Below, in pieces: positions 37,767 to 45,351 of a DNA stretch of 57,562 nucleotides (position 1 is the stretch's first letter; each line of letters begins with the position of its first letter). The notes beneath the pieces were generated by a model. It worked only from the letters and a program-made list of their open reading frames with translations. It was not told the origin of the DNA and searched no databases. Both the position numbers and the translations under genes were made by a program. The DNA lies in the NCBI GenBank assembly GCA_001775485.1, contig MEWX01000003.1, positions 1 through 57,562 of the forward strand, written 5' to 3'. The DNA is from Candidatus Adlerbacteria bacterium RIFCSPLOWO2_01_FULL_51_16 (GTDB lineage: Bacteria; Patescibacteriota; Minisyncoccia; Phycocordibacterales; SBAW01).

Positions 37767-37878
37767 TAGCCTACATCCGTATATAAGTCGCAGGGTATTT
37801 TTATCCTTCAATCCAGAAAGGGGTTCATCCTCTGTCTGCCATTGAAGGATGTCCTTGCGACATTCGGATGTGGGCTAC
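37767..37878 (+). ncRNA. 112-nt extended hairpin starting at the predicted +1 (candidate sRNA or 5' leader structure)
   Basis: Three stacked helices: 14 bp (37767-37780 / 37865-37878, one G-U), 9 bp (37788-37796 / 37853-37861) and 10 bp perfect (37803-37812 / 37841-37850). The apical loop is 28 nt. Confidence 0.45.
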
Positions 37879-37936
37879 CAGATAGATGTGGTGAGCCCCT
37901 TTTTGGTTTATGGGGATTGCCGCGAGCATATAACTT

Positions 37937-38377
37937 ATGAACGGCAACGACAACAAAAAAAGTGGTTGGGAAACCATAAAATATCTTTCAGGAATTATTT
38001 GTATGGGATTCTTGTACGGGATATTCTCATTGGTCTTTCTGGCTATGTTACTGCAATGGACTTTAGAAATAGATATTACCGAGTTTGATAAAATATACCG
38101 TCTTCTATTTCTTGTTTGGGCTGGATGGGTAATAGGTTTGCACGTATGGCTGCGGAAAGAAAAAAGAATACCGCAATCGCCAAAAGAAGGAACACAAACA
38201 AAGAAGGAGAACCAGGAAACAGACCCGCGAAGTTATGACCCGTTCTACATATCGGACAAGTTCAATCCTAATCTTAGTAAGTTAAACAAGAAGAACACAG
38301 AAGAAGAATCGGATGTAGTGTTCTTCCGTAAAAATCCGTCGAAATCAAATGAAAATAACGAACAAACAAAATTATGA
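37937..38377 (+). CDS. small membrane protein, function unknown
   Basis: 146 aa; two hydrophobic helices then a charged tail. 4-nt overlap with the recombinase start. Confidence 0.5.
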   Translation: MNGNDNKKSGWETIKYLSGIICMGFLYGIFSLVFLAMLLQWTLEIDITEFDKIYRLLFLVWAGWVIGLHVWLRKEKRIPQSPKEGTQTKKENQETDPRSYDPFYISDKFNPNLSKLNKKNTEEESDVVFFRKNPSKSNENNEQTKL

Positions 38378-40023
38378 CCAACAATCAACCAAAAATTAAA
38401 GCGGTACTTTACTGCCGCGTATCATCTAAAGAGCAAGAAGAGGCTGGCTATTCTTTGCCGTCTCAAGAAAAGCTCTTAAAAGAGTATGCCGATAGAAAGG
38501 GCTTTGTCATTGCAAAAACTTTTTTAATCGCGGAATCTGCAAGTGGAGCAAAGCAGAGAAAAGTGTTTAGCGAGATGATTAAGTTCACGGAAAAAAACAA
38601 GGTTGCCAATATCCTTTGTGAGAAAGTTGACCGACTTACAAGAAATCTGAAAGATGCCTTAGCTGTAAACGATTGGCTTGAAGAAAAGCCAGAGCGACAA
38701 GTACACTTTGTCAAAACAAATCTCGTCATCCACAAAGGCGCGAAGTCCGATGAGAAGTTTCGTTGGGATATTGAGATAGTGCTCGCCAAAAAATACATTG
38801 CCAACCTTTCAGAAGAGATACGCAAGGGACAAAAAGAAAAGATAGCTCAAGGGTGGCTTCCAACCAAACCACCGCTTGGCTACAAGACAGTTGGTGAAAA
38901 AGGGCATAAAACCCAAGTGATTGAAACAGAAATAAACAAGAAAGGAGAGGAAGTAATCAGTGGGACTGCTCGGCTTATCAAACAAATGTTTGACTGGTAT
39001 GCCACGAGCAACTACTCCCTCTCAAAACTTGAGGTTGAGCTGTATAAGGCTGGATTGCGCACAAGAAGCGGTAAGAAGCTCGGTATCAGCCGCATCCATC
39101 TCTTGTTGTCAGAGCCATTCTACTACGGCAAAATCCGTTGGAATAACGAACTTTATGAGGGCAAGCAAGAGCATCTTATTGGCAAAGATATATTCGATAA
39201 AGTGCAAACTATCCTCAAAAGGAAAATTAAAAATCCTCATTTCGCTACGCACAATTCCTTATTCAAAGCGAAAATCCATTGTGAGCATTGTGGTGGAATG
39301 GTTACTTGGGAACGCCAGAAAGGTCATTGGTATGGGCATTGCAACAATCACGGTGAGTATCGCAAGTGTCCAAAGAAGACCTACATTCGAGAGGAGAAGG
39401 TTGAGGAGCAACTTATAGGATTCTTTGAAACAATAGCACCGAAAAATAACGAAGTACTTGAAGTGATTGAGGAAATCGTAAGACAAGAGAACGCTCAAAA
39501 CATTATGGAGCGAGAAACTGAAATTACGAGATTGAGCGGGTTACTTGCCTCAATACGAAAACAGAAAGATAAATACTTTGAGGCGAAGATAAATGAGAAA
39601 GCTCCACTTGAGTTTTGTGAAAGAAAAATTGCCGAGTGTGTTGAAGAAGAATCAAATCTTGAATCAGCTCTGATTCTTGTAAGTGATAAAAGTGATGAGT
39701 ACCAGCAACTACGCTTGGTGATTCACGAACTTGCTTACAAAGCGAAGGAAATATACGAAAAAGCCACTATTGATGAGAAGAGATTACTGTTCGCTCAAAT
39801 CTTTACGAACATCGTCCAAGATGGGCTTAGAATCAAGCCAAACTACACTTTAGCGGCTGAATACTTGGCTACTTGGGCGCCGAAGCTCAATCAGGATTAC
39901 GAACGCGAGAAAAGCCTTACTACAAAAGCAAAAACAGGCAATTCTGTGCCTGTCTCTACTGTCTGGTGCGCAGGAGAGGATTTGAACCTCCAATCCCTTG
40001 CGGGAGCTACCACCTCAAGGTAG
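38374..40023 (+). CDS. large serine recombinase (integrase)
   Basis: 549 aa. Resolvase catalytic domain (KAVLYCRVSSKEQ...GYSLPSQ), recombinase domain, Zn-ribbon (CEHCGG...HCNNHGEYRKCPKK) and a coiled-coil tail. The last 60 nt overlap tRNA-Leu antisense. Confidence 0.9.
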   Translation: MTNNQPKIKAVLYCRVSSKEQEEAGYSLPSQEKLLKEYADRKGFVIAKTFLIAESASGAKQRKVFSEMIKFTEKNKVANILCEKVDRLTRNLKDALAVNDWLEEKPERQVHFVKTNLVIHKGAKSDEKFRWDIEIVLAKKYIANLSEEIRKGQKEKIAQGWLPTKPPLGYKTVGEKGHKTQVIETEINKKGEEVISGTARLIKQMFDWYATSNYSLSKLEVELYKAGLRTRSGKKLGISRIHLLLSEPFYYGKIRWNNELYEGKQEHLIGKDIFDKVQTILKRKIKNPHFATHNSLFKAKIHCEHCGGMVTWERQKGHWYGHCNNHGEYRKCPKKTYIREEKVEEQLIGFFETIAPKNNEVLEVIEEIVRQENAQNIMERETEITRLSGLLASIRKQKDKYFEAKINEKAPLEFCERKIAECVEEESNLESALILVSDKSDEYQQLRLVIHELAYKAKEIYEKATIDEKRLLFAQIFTNIVQDGLRIKPNYTLAAEYLATWAPKLNQDYEREKSLTTKAKTGNSVPVSTVWCAGEDLNLQSLAGATTSR

Positions 40024-40050
40024 TGCGTCTACCAATTTCGCCACCTGCGC
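39964..40050 (-). tRNA. tRNA-Leu (GAG), class II, CCA encoded
   Basis: Hand-folded: acceptor GCGCAGG/CCTGCGC, anticodon stem CTACC/GGTAG with loop TTGAGGT, long variable arm CCC-GCAA-GGG, T arm GGAGG-TTCAAAT-CCTCT, ACCA end. Confidence 0.88.
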
Positions 40051-40065
40051 GTATGCGAACGAGAT

Positions 40066-40542
40066 TTACTCTACCGCAGCTTCGGCCTCTTGTGGAGTGT
40101 CCTCCGGCGCGGCTTCGACCGCCGACGAACCTTTTTTAGATACGATATTGATTTGACGGCGCATCGCGCGCTTTACATCGCGGGCCGCCTTGCGGCGGAT
40201 AAAGTAGAGCTTGGCGCGGCGCACGCGAGCGCGGCGGAGCACCTCCACTTCAAGCACTTCCGGCGAATAGAGCGGGAAGATCCTCTCCACCCCAACACCG
40301 CTGGCAACTTTGCGTACGGTAAAGGTAGCGCCCGGTTCGGTGCCATGCTTCACAGACAAAACCAAACCCTCAAAAGCCTGTCGGCGTACCTGTTTTGTTA
40401 CTACCTTCTTTTTTCCTGCGCTTTTTCCTTCTTTGATCTCCTCTATTTTTTGCCATACCCGTACGGTGTCGCCAGCGCGAAGCCCAAGCGCTTTACGCGC
40501 TCCTGTGTCAACGGGCGAGATTATAACTTGCGATTTCTGCAT
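40066..40542 (-). CDS. rplS: 50S ribosomal protein L19 with C-terminal extension
   Basis: 158 aa; GDTVRVWQKI...RRQAFEGLVLSVKHG...FTVRKVASGVGVERIFPLYSP is bL19. Confidence 0.9.
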   Translation of the reverse strand: MQKSQVIISPVDTGARKALGLRAGDTVRVWQKIEEIKEGKSAGKKKVVTKQVRRQAFEGLVLSVKHGTEPGATFTVRKVASGVGVERIFPLYSPEVLEVEVLRRARVRRAKLYFIRRKAARDVKRAMRRQINIVSKKGSSAVEAAPEDTPQEAEAAVE

Positions 40543-40633
40543 TGCCGAGACACTTTAGCACACTTGAGAATGCTCCGCAAAAAACCATAGCTGCCGAGAG
40601 ATGAACGGGAGCGCACTCCTGCGCAAAGGGTTT

Positions 40634-41299
40634 TTACTGCGCCTTCAACATTTGTTCTGCCGCAACGAAATCAGGCGGAAGTGGAGCTTCAAACGAAACT
40701 TCTTTTTTGGTTATGGGGTGCATGAAGATAAGCGAGAACGCATGGAGAGCAAGACGTGAGAAGCCAAAAAGGTGCGGACGTCCCGGCGCGTAGAGCGAGT
40801 CGGCAATAATGGGGTGCCCTATCGCCGCAAAGTGCACGCGCACTTGATGTGTGCGGCCGGTTTTAGGAAACACCTCCGCGTACGATGCGCCACCGCCCGC
40901 GGCGACGCGGCGGTAGAGGGTTTCCGCTTCACGCATCACCCCGTAAGCGCGTTTGGCCGAGCGAGGCCCCAAACCTCCGCGGGATGAGCCGATTGGCTTC
41001 GTAATGGTCCCCCGCTCGGGGATAGTGCCATACACAAACGCCCGGTACACTTTTTTGGTCTCGCGGCGCTGAAATTGTTTTTTAATCCGCTCGTACGCAG
41101 CGGCGGTGCGCGCCACCACCATAACGCCGGAGGTTTCTCTGTCCAACCGGTGCACGATGTGAAACTCTTTATATGTTGTCGCAAGCCAGTCTGTAAGCGT
41201 TTCTCTGTCTTTTTTGGTCGCAGCAGGGATTACCTGCAGCCCCGAGGGCTTATCAAGCACTACAATATCCGCATCTTCAAAAATAATTTTGGGTTTCAT
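40634..41299 (-). CDS. RluA-family pseudouridine synthase
   Basis: Track ORF trimmed to the ATG at 41299 (MKPKIIFEDADIVVLDKPSGL). HRLDRETSGV catalytic motif and TGRTHQVRVH. The longer form would overlap the upstream gene. Confidence 0.85.
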   Translation of the reverse strand: MKPKIIFEDADIVVLDKPSGLQVIPAATKKDRETLTDWLATTYKEFHIVHRLDRETSGVMVVARTAAAYERIKKQFQRRETKKVYRAFVYGTIPERGTITKPIGSSRGGLGPRSAKRAYGVMREAETLYRRVAAGGGASYAEVFPKTGRTHQVRVHFAAIGHPIIADSLYAPGRPHLFGFSRLALHAFSLIFMHPITKKEVSFEAPLPPDFVAAEQMLKAQ

Positions 41300-41303
41300 A
41301 TTT

Positions 41304-42065
41304 TTATTCGCACTCAAGTATAAGAGGCAAGTGGTCGGAAACCGTTTTCTCAGGCACGACAAAGGTACGTACGACAACTTCTGGAGAGACAAATATATAG
41401 TCGGCAAAGAATTGTAGTTCTTCGAGGGAGTATTTTTTTCTGTTAAAAGCTCCTCGAGTATCAGTTATTTGAAATTCTTTTATAAGGTTGCGCATCGGAA
41501 AACGCTCAATCATGGCAATGCTTTCGGTTTCGGGCATAAGGTTAAAATCCCCACAAAGAATTGTCGGGAGTCGTTGTTCAGACAGAAATGCCACGATACT
41601 AGACGATTGCTCCATCCGTGCGAGAGTGTCAAGCTTGGAACCAGGCCTTCCTAGTCCATGCACGTGAGCAACACGGCGTGGGCCCTGAGACGTCTTCACT
41701 ACTGCGTGTTGCAAGCCGGCTGGCATGGTGAGTCCCCCCTCCAGTAAAAATGGCTTACCGAAGCTTCCGTACACGGACCTCCCGCCAACAGAGTCGACCG
41801 GAATATCTTTTCTTATAAACAAAGCTTGTCCGCCCCGGCTTCCCTCAAGGTGCCCAACATTAACATCATATGAATCGATGACTGGAAGAAAGTGGCATTC
41901 GAATCCAGGAAGCGCCTCTACGAGAGCTGCCATAATACTCCCCGTTGAGCCGCTGAATACTTCCTGAAAACAAAAAATGTCCGTACTGAGAGCTTCTTGC
42001 GTTACAAACTCCAAAAGTGGAGTACGCTCCCTTCCCCCCCAAATATTGAGCGACACTATCTTCAT
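41304..42065 (-). CDS. endonuclease/exonuclease/phosphatase (EEP) family protein
   Basis: 253 aa; MKIVSLNIWGG..., FCFQEV, GDFN, C-terminal SDHLP. Confidence 0.8.
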   Translation of the reverse strand: MKIVSLNIWGGRERTPLLEFVTQEALSTDIFCFQEVFSGSTGSIMAALVEALPGFECHFLPVIDSYDVNVGHLEGSRGGQALFIRKDIPVDSVGGRSVYGSFGKPFLLEGGLTMPAGLQHAVVKTSQGPRRVAHVHGLGRPGSKLDTLARMEQSSSIVAFLSEQRLPTILCGDFNLMPETESIAMIERFPMRNLIKEFQITDTRGAFNRKKYSLEELQFFADYIFVSPEVVVRTFVVPEKTVSDHLPLILECE

Positions 42066-42140
42066 GGTGCACGCTGCAGGACTCGAACCTGCGACCTACC
42101 CGGTGTAAACGGGTTGCTCTACCAACTGAGCTAAGCGTGC
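42065..42140 (-). tRNA. tRNA-Val (TAC), CCA encoded
   Basis: GCACGCT-TA-GCTC-AGTTGGTA-GAGC-A-ACCCG-TTTACAC-CGGGT-AGGTC-GCAGG-TTCGAGT-CCTGC-AGCGTGC-ACCA. The terminal A is the A of the next ATG. Confidence 0.9.
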
Positions 42141-42152
42141 TTGAGAATTCTA

Positions 42153-43097
42153 TCAAACCACAAGCGGGCAGGTTCTGCCATCACGCAGCATTTCGACCGG
42201 ATACTCCTGCGCTCTCACCACCTTATCTTTTGAGATTGTAAGAAGCACAGTAAGGCCTTGAAAAACGCTCTTGTCCCAGTACTGGTCAAAAATAAAGTTA
42301 CCGAGCGAATAGTAAATATCTTTTCCTTTATATACCTCGTGCTCCTGCACAATGTGCGGATGTGAACCAAAAACTGCGATCGCGCCCGCGTCTATAAACG
42401 AGCGCGCGAGGTCTTTCATCCGTGCGAGCGGCTCCTCGTACTCCTCTCCCCAGTGAGCGTACACCAGGGTTGTGCGCCCCGCCTTAACTTCTTTTTTTAC
42501 CTGTGCCACGGTGTGGTCCGTTTTATCACTCGTCCAATCGCTCCAGTTAACAAACGACGTTGGGATTCCGTTTATTTCAATTCGAGCGACACGGTTTTCC
42601 TCTCCCGCATCAGGATCGCCAAAGAACCCAACCCCCGCGGCGGTAAGTCTCTCTTTTGTTTGCAGCAAACCGTCCCGACCGAGACTCATGATGTGATTAT
42701 TACCGAGGTTCACCATTCTGATGTTGTGCGCGGCAAGAAGCGCCGCAGTCATGGGCGGGAAGGTGAAGTGAAAATTTTCTGGTGACCCGATCTCACTCCC
42801 CGCGGAGATCGACGGCTTGTCGGTTATCGGCCCTTCCAAGTTCCCAACTACCAAATCCGCACTCCCGAGCAGGTCACCGATGCAAGAGAAAACATACTCT
42901 CCGCCGCGCGCATCCATAACCTGCCTGATGTAGCGGTCAAAAAATAAATCTCCAACAAACAACACTCGTGCTTCTGGAGGTTTAATAAAAAAAGCGAATA
43001 TATGTTCCGGAGCTTTAACAATGCGCGCCGGGCCGAAGACAGCGACAAAAAATAAAAGCGTCCCGGCAAATAACACTATGTTTCGAAATCTTTTCAA
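42153..43097 (-). CDS. CapA-family (PGA_cap) metallophosphatase-like protein
   Basis: 314 aa; VGNLEGPIT, NLGNNHI, HWGEEY. N-terminal signal anchor. TTG start. Confidence 0.78.
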   Translation of the reverse strand: MKRFRNIVLFAGTLLFFVAVFGPARIVKAPEHIFAFFIKPPEARVLFVGDLFFDRYIRQVMDARGGEYVFSCIGDLLGSADLVVGNLEGPITDKPSISAGSEIGSPENFHFTFPPMTAALLAAHNIRMVNLGNNHIMSLGRDGLLQTKERLTAAGVGFFGDPDAGEENRVARIEINGIPTSFVNWSDWTSDKTDHTVAQVKKEVKAGRTTLVYAHWGEEYEEPLARMKDLARSFIDAGAIAVFGSHPHIVQEHEVYKGKDIYYSLGNFIFDQYWDKSVFQGLTVLLTISKDKVVRAQEYPVEMLRDGRTCPLVV

Positions 43098-43098
43098 G

Positions 43099-43170
43099 TG
43101 CCCTTGCCAGGAGTCGAACCCGGATCAACGCCTTAGAAGAGCGCTGCTCTGTCCATTGAGCTACAAGGGC
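43099..43170 (-). tRNA. tRNA-Arg (TCT)
   Basis: GCCCTTG-TA-GCTC-AATGGACA-GAGC-A-GCGCT-CTTCTAA-GGCGT-TGAT-CCGGG-TTCGACT-CCTGG-CAAGGGC-A. Confidence 0.85.
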
Positions 43171-43177
43171 GGGGTGC

Positions 43178-43792
43178 TTACCAAGGCAGGAGGCCGAAGT
43201 GAGCACTAATATAATAGACGAACACGAGAACAACAAGAAGCGCCAAATAGAAGAAGTATCGGTTGATGACGGCAAGAATTGTAGCGCCAAAGCGATGTAC
43301 CAAGTACGCTACCAAGAAAAATCGCGCGGTGCGGCCGGCCAAATATCCAAAGAGAAACGGGATGAAGGGAGCACCCAAGACCCCCGCGGCGATAACGAGC
43401 GCTTTGTCGGGAACGGGAGTAAAGGTCGCAAACAACATGATGGCAAATATGCTTCCCGCAAGAAGTACCTGCGCTTGTGCCATCTGTTCCTGCAAACCAT
43501 ACAAACCAACGATAGGCGTACCGAATATGTCATACAAAAATCCAAAGATAAAATAGCCGAACACTCCCCCCGCAAGTGAAGCGGCAGAGGCGATGACCGC
43601 GTAACGTACCCAGCGATCGCTTTTTGAAAGAAGTATCGCCGCAAGAAGTGCCTCCGGCACAATGGGAGAAACGGTGGGCTCAAGAAAAGCCGTAATAGCA
43701 AGCCATGCCTGCGCGTGTGTGCCGTGTGCGCGGGCATCAAACCACGCCCACGAGCGCTCGCGCATAGTGGTGATGTGTTCAAGGATATGCAT
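43178..43792 (-). CDS. YqaA/DedA-type membrane protein
   Basis: 204 aa polytopic; LEPTVSPIVPEALL motif typical of the SNARE-associated/YqaA family. Confidence 0.65.
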   Translation of the reverse strand: MHILEHITTMRERSWAWFDARAHGTHAQAWLAITAFLEPTVSPIVPEALLAAILLSKSDRWVRYAVIASAASLAGGVFGYFIFGFLYDIFGTPIVGLYGLQEQMAQAQVLLAGSIFAIMLFATFTPVPDKALVIAAGVLGAPFIPFLFGYLAGRTARFFLVAYLVHRFGATILAVINRYFFYLALLVVLVFVYYISAHFGLLPW

Positions 43793-43797
43793 GAAAG

Positions 43798-44130
43798 TTA
43801 GCGGGCGCGCGAGCCCGGTGGGGCTATGCTCTCAAAAAGATAGAGCGGTTCCCCCTCACTCCCTCCAGTTGCCAAAACCATTGCCTGGCTTTCGTGCCCC
43901 TTGATTGTCCGTGGCTCTAAATTTGTTACAAACGCGCACCGCTTGCCGACAAGCGCTGAAGGATTTTGAAAAAACTCGGCGATACCCGAGATAACTTGCC
44001 GCTCTTCATCGCCGAAATTAACCCGGAGTTTAAGGAGCTTGTCGGTGCCTTCAACTTTTTCGGCGGAGAGGATCTCTCCGACGTGGATCTCAACTTTTTT
44101 GAAATCGTCTATCGAAATTTTATCGGACAT
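43798..44130 (-). CDS. stand-alone tRNA-binding (CsaA/Trbp111, MetRS C-terminal-like) protein
   Basis: 110 aa; IDDFKKVEIHVGEILSAEKVEGTDKLLKLRVNFGDE.RQVISGIA...LVGKRCAFVTNLEPRTIKG..SQAMVLA. Confidence 0.85.
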   Translation of the reverse strand: MSDKISIDDFKKVEIHVGEILSAEKVEGTDKLLKLRVNFGDEERQVISGIAEFFQNPSALVGKRCAFVTNLEPRTIKGHESQAMVLATGGSEGEPLYLFESIAPPGSRAR

Positions 44131-44132
44131 CG

Positions 44133-44552
44133 CTATATTGTATCGCGATTTTTGTCCAAATAACTTTGGAGTATCAGCGCTGCAGCTGCGGCATCCAATT
44201 TTTCTTGCGAAGGAGCGACCTGGCGGGTCTTTTCTTCCGGCGTGTACTGCCGCGCAGCCGCGGCGCTTGTCAAAAACTCTTGCTCATATGCAACCGGCAG
44301 CCCGCTCAATTCTTCCAAATCTTTTTTAAACTGCTCGATGTCTTCCATTACGGGGTTTGGTGTGCCCTTAAAATTGCGCGATTCACCAACTACGAATTTT
44401 TGTACTCTGTTTTTTTTGGCAAGCTCAACAATCCCGGAAAGAGCCTTCGGCCCCGCAGGTACGGTCATGAGAGGAAATGCAACACGGCCCTCGTCGTCCG
44501 AGATCGCAATACCAATACGTTTCGTTCCGTAATCAATTCCTAGATATTTCAT
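44133..44552 (-). CDS. ruvX: Holliday junction resolvase-like RuvX (YqgF)
   Basis: Start moved to the ATG at 44552 (MKYLGIDYGTKRIGIAISD). The 8 extra codons of the track ORF (GTG start) are a tRNA-Ser 3' fragment. Confidence 0.88.
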   Translation of the reverse strand: MKYLGIDYGTKRIGIAISDDEGRVAFPLMTVPAGPKALSGIVELAKKNRVQKFVVGESRNFKGTPNPVMEDIEQFKKDLEELSGLPVAYEQEFLTSAAAARQYTPEEKTRQVAPSQEKLDAAAAALILQSYLDKNRDTI

Positions 44553-44554
44553 AT

Positions 44555-44576
44555 GCGGAGGGGGTGAGAACCTCAC
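44555..44576 (-). pseudogene. tRNA-Ser 3'-end fragment (direct repeat of the tRNA-Ser gene end)
   Basis: Plus strand gcggagggggtgaga (15/15 identical to 44733-44747 of the tRNA-Ser locus) then acctcac, i.e. the T-loop shortened by 4 nt. Confidence 0.6.
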
Positions 44577-44696
44577 TGCTCAGCTTACTTCGTAAGCTTG
44601 CGCTTGCAAACCCCTCGGTTTGCATATTCCGCAACGGGAAACCGGCTGGTTTCCCGACCCCTATTCCCAGTTCGAATCTCACCTCAACTCAATCAG

Positions 44697-44720
44697 TAAA
44701 ATAGCCGGCGCAAGCCGGCT
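44697..44720 (-). terminator. probable terminator after tRNA-Ser
   Basis: AGCCGGC-TTGC-GCCGGCT then ATTTTAC on the minus strand (a GCAA tetraloop on the plus strand). Confidence 0.5.
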
Positions 44721-44733
44721 TACTTTGCAGAAG

Positions 44734-44818
44734 CGGAGGGGGTGAGATTCGAACTCACGGTACCTTGCGGTACGCCGCATTTCAAGTGCGGTGCGTTAGA
44801 CCACTCTGCCACCCCTCC
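44734..44818 (-). tRNA. tRNA-Ser (TGA), class II
   Basis: Acceptor GGAGGGG/CCCCTCC, anticodon stem CCGCA/TGCGG with loop CTTGAAA, variable arm GTACC-GCAA-GGTAC, T arm GTGAG-TTCGAAT-CTCAC, discriminator G. Confidence 0.88.
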
Positions 44819-44865
44819 TTACTCTGCACCACAATACACTTTTTAAAAGCGGTATACTAGAGATA

Positions 44866-45336
44866 ATGGCGGAGGCAGGACAAGTGATTGCGTGGAATGT
44901 ACACTCGCACGTGCACCGTGAGCGCACCTCTGATTGGTACTGGGCCTTGGGGCTCATCGCACTTGTGGGCGCCGCCGCATCAATATTTTTTGGGAATACC
45001 CTCCTTGCGGTCATTCTTGTTGTTGGAGCGGCATCAGTTGGAGTTCTCGCCAGCCGCACGCCACGGGAGCATGGCGTGCGAATTGACGCGCGCGGCATTT
45101 CAATAGACGGGACGCTCTACCCCTACGCATCGGTGCAATCATTTTGGGTTGAAGAGTCGGGTGATGCCCCGCGACTCTTTGTTTCAACAAGCGGCATTAT
45201 CGCTCCGCACCTCACCCTACCGCTTGAGGACCGCTCCCGGGCAGGTGTGGTACGCAGTTTTTTAAAAAAGCATGCAAAAGAGGAAGAGCAGGGTGCACAC
45301 TTTGGTGACTATGTCGCGGAGTTCTTCGGTTTGTGA
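44866..45336 (+). CDS. hypothetical membrane protein
   Basis: 156 aa; two TM helices then a soluble domain. No recognisable motif. Confidence 0.55.
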   Translation: MAEAGQVIAWNVHSHVHRERTSDWYWALGLIALVGAAASIFFGNTLLAVILVVGAASVGVLASRTPREHGVRIDARGISIDGTLYPYASVQSFWVEESGDAPRLFVSTSGIIAPHLTLPLEDRSRAGVVRSFLKKHAKEEEQGAHFGDYVAEFFGL

Positions 45337-45351
45337 TAAAAACTAACAATT

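Larger units (their letters stand above)
26846..39963. mobile_element. integrated serine-recombinase element at tRNA-Leu(GAG); minimum extent, left border unresolved (could reach about 25118)
   Basis: Visibly more AT-rich than the flanks. Carries recombinase, PrimPol, excisionase-type HTH and defence genes. The right end abuts the tRNA-Leu 3' end. Flanking genes are housekeeping. Confidence 0.75.

Noticed and set aside
37849-38088. 79-aa ORF upstream of the membrane-protein gene
   Set aside because: It starts inside the 3' arm of the long hairpin, overlaps the better-supported ORF 37937..38377 in another frame, and has no SD.
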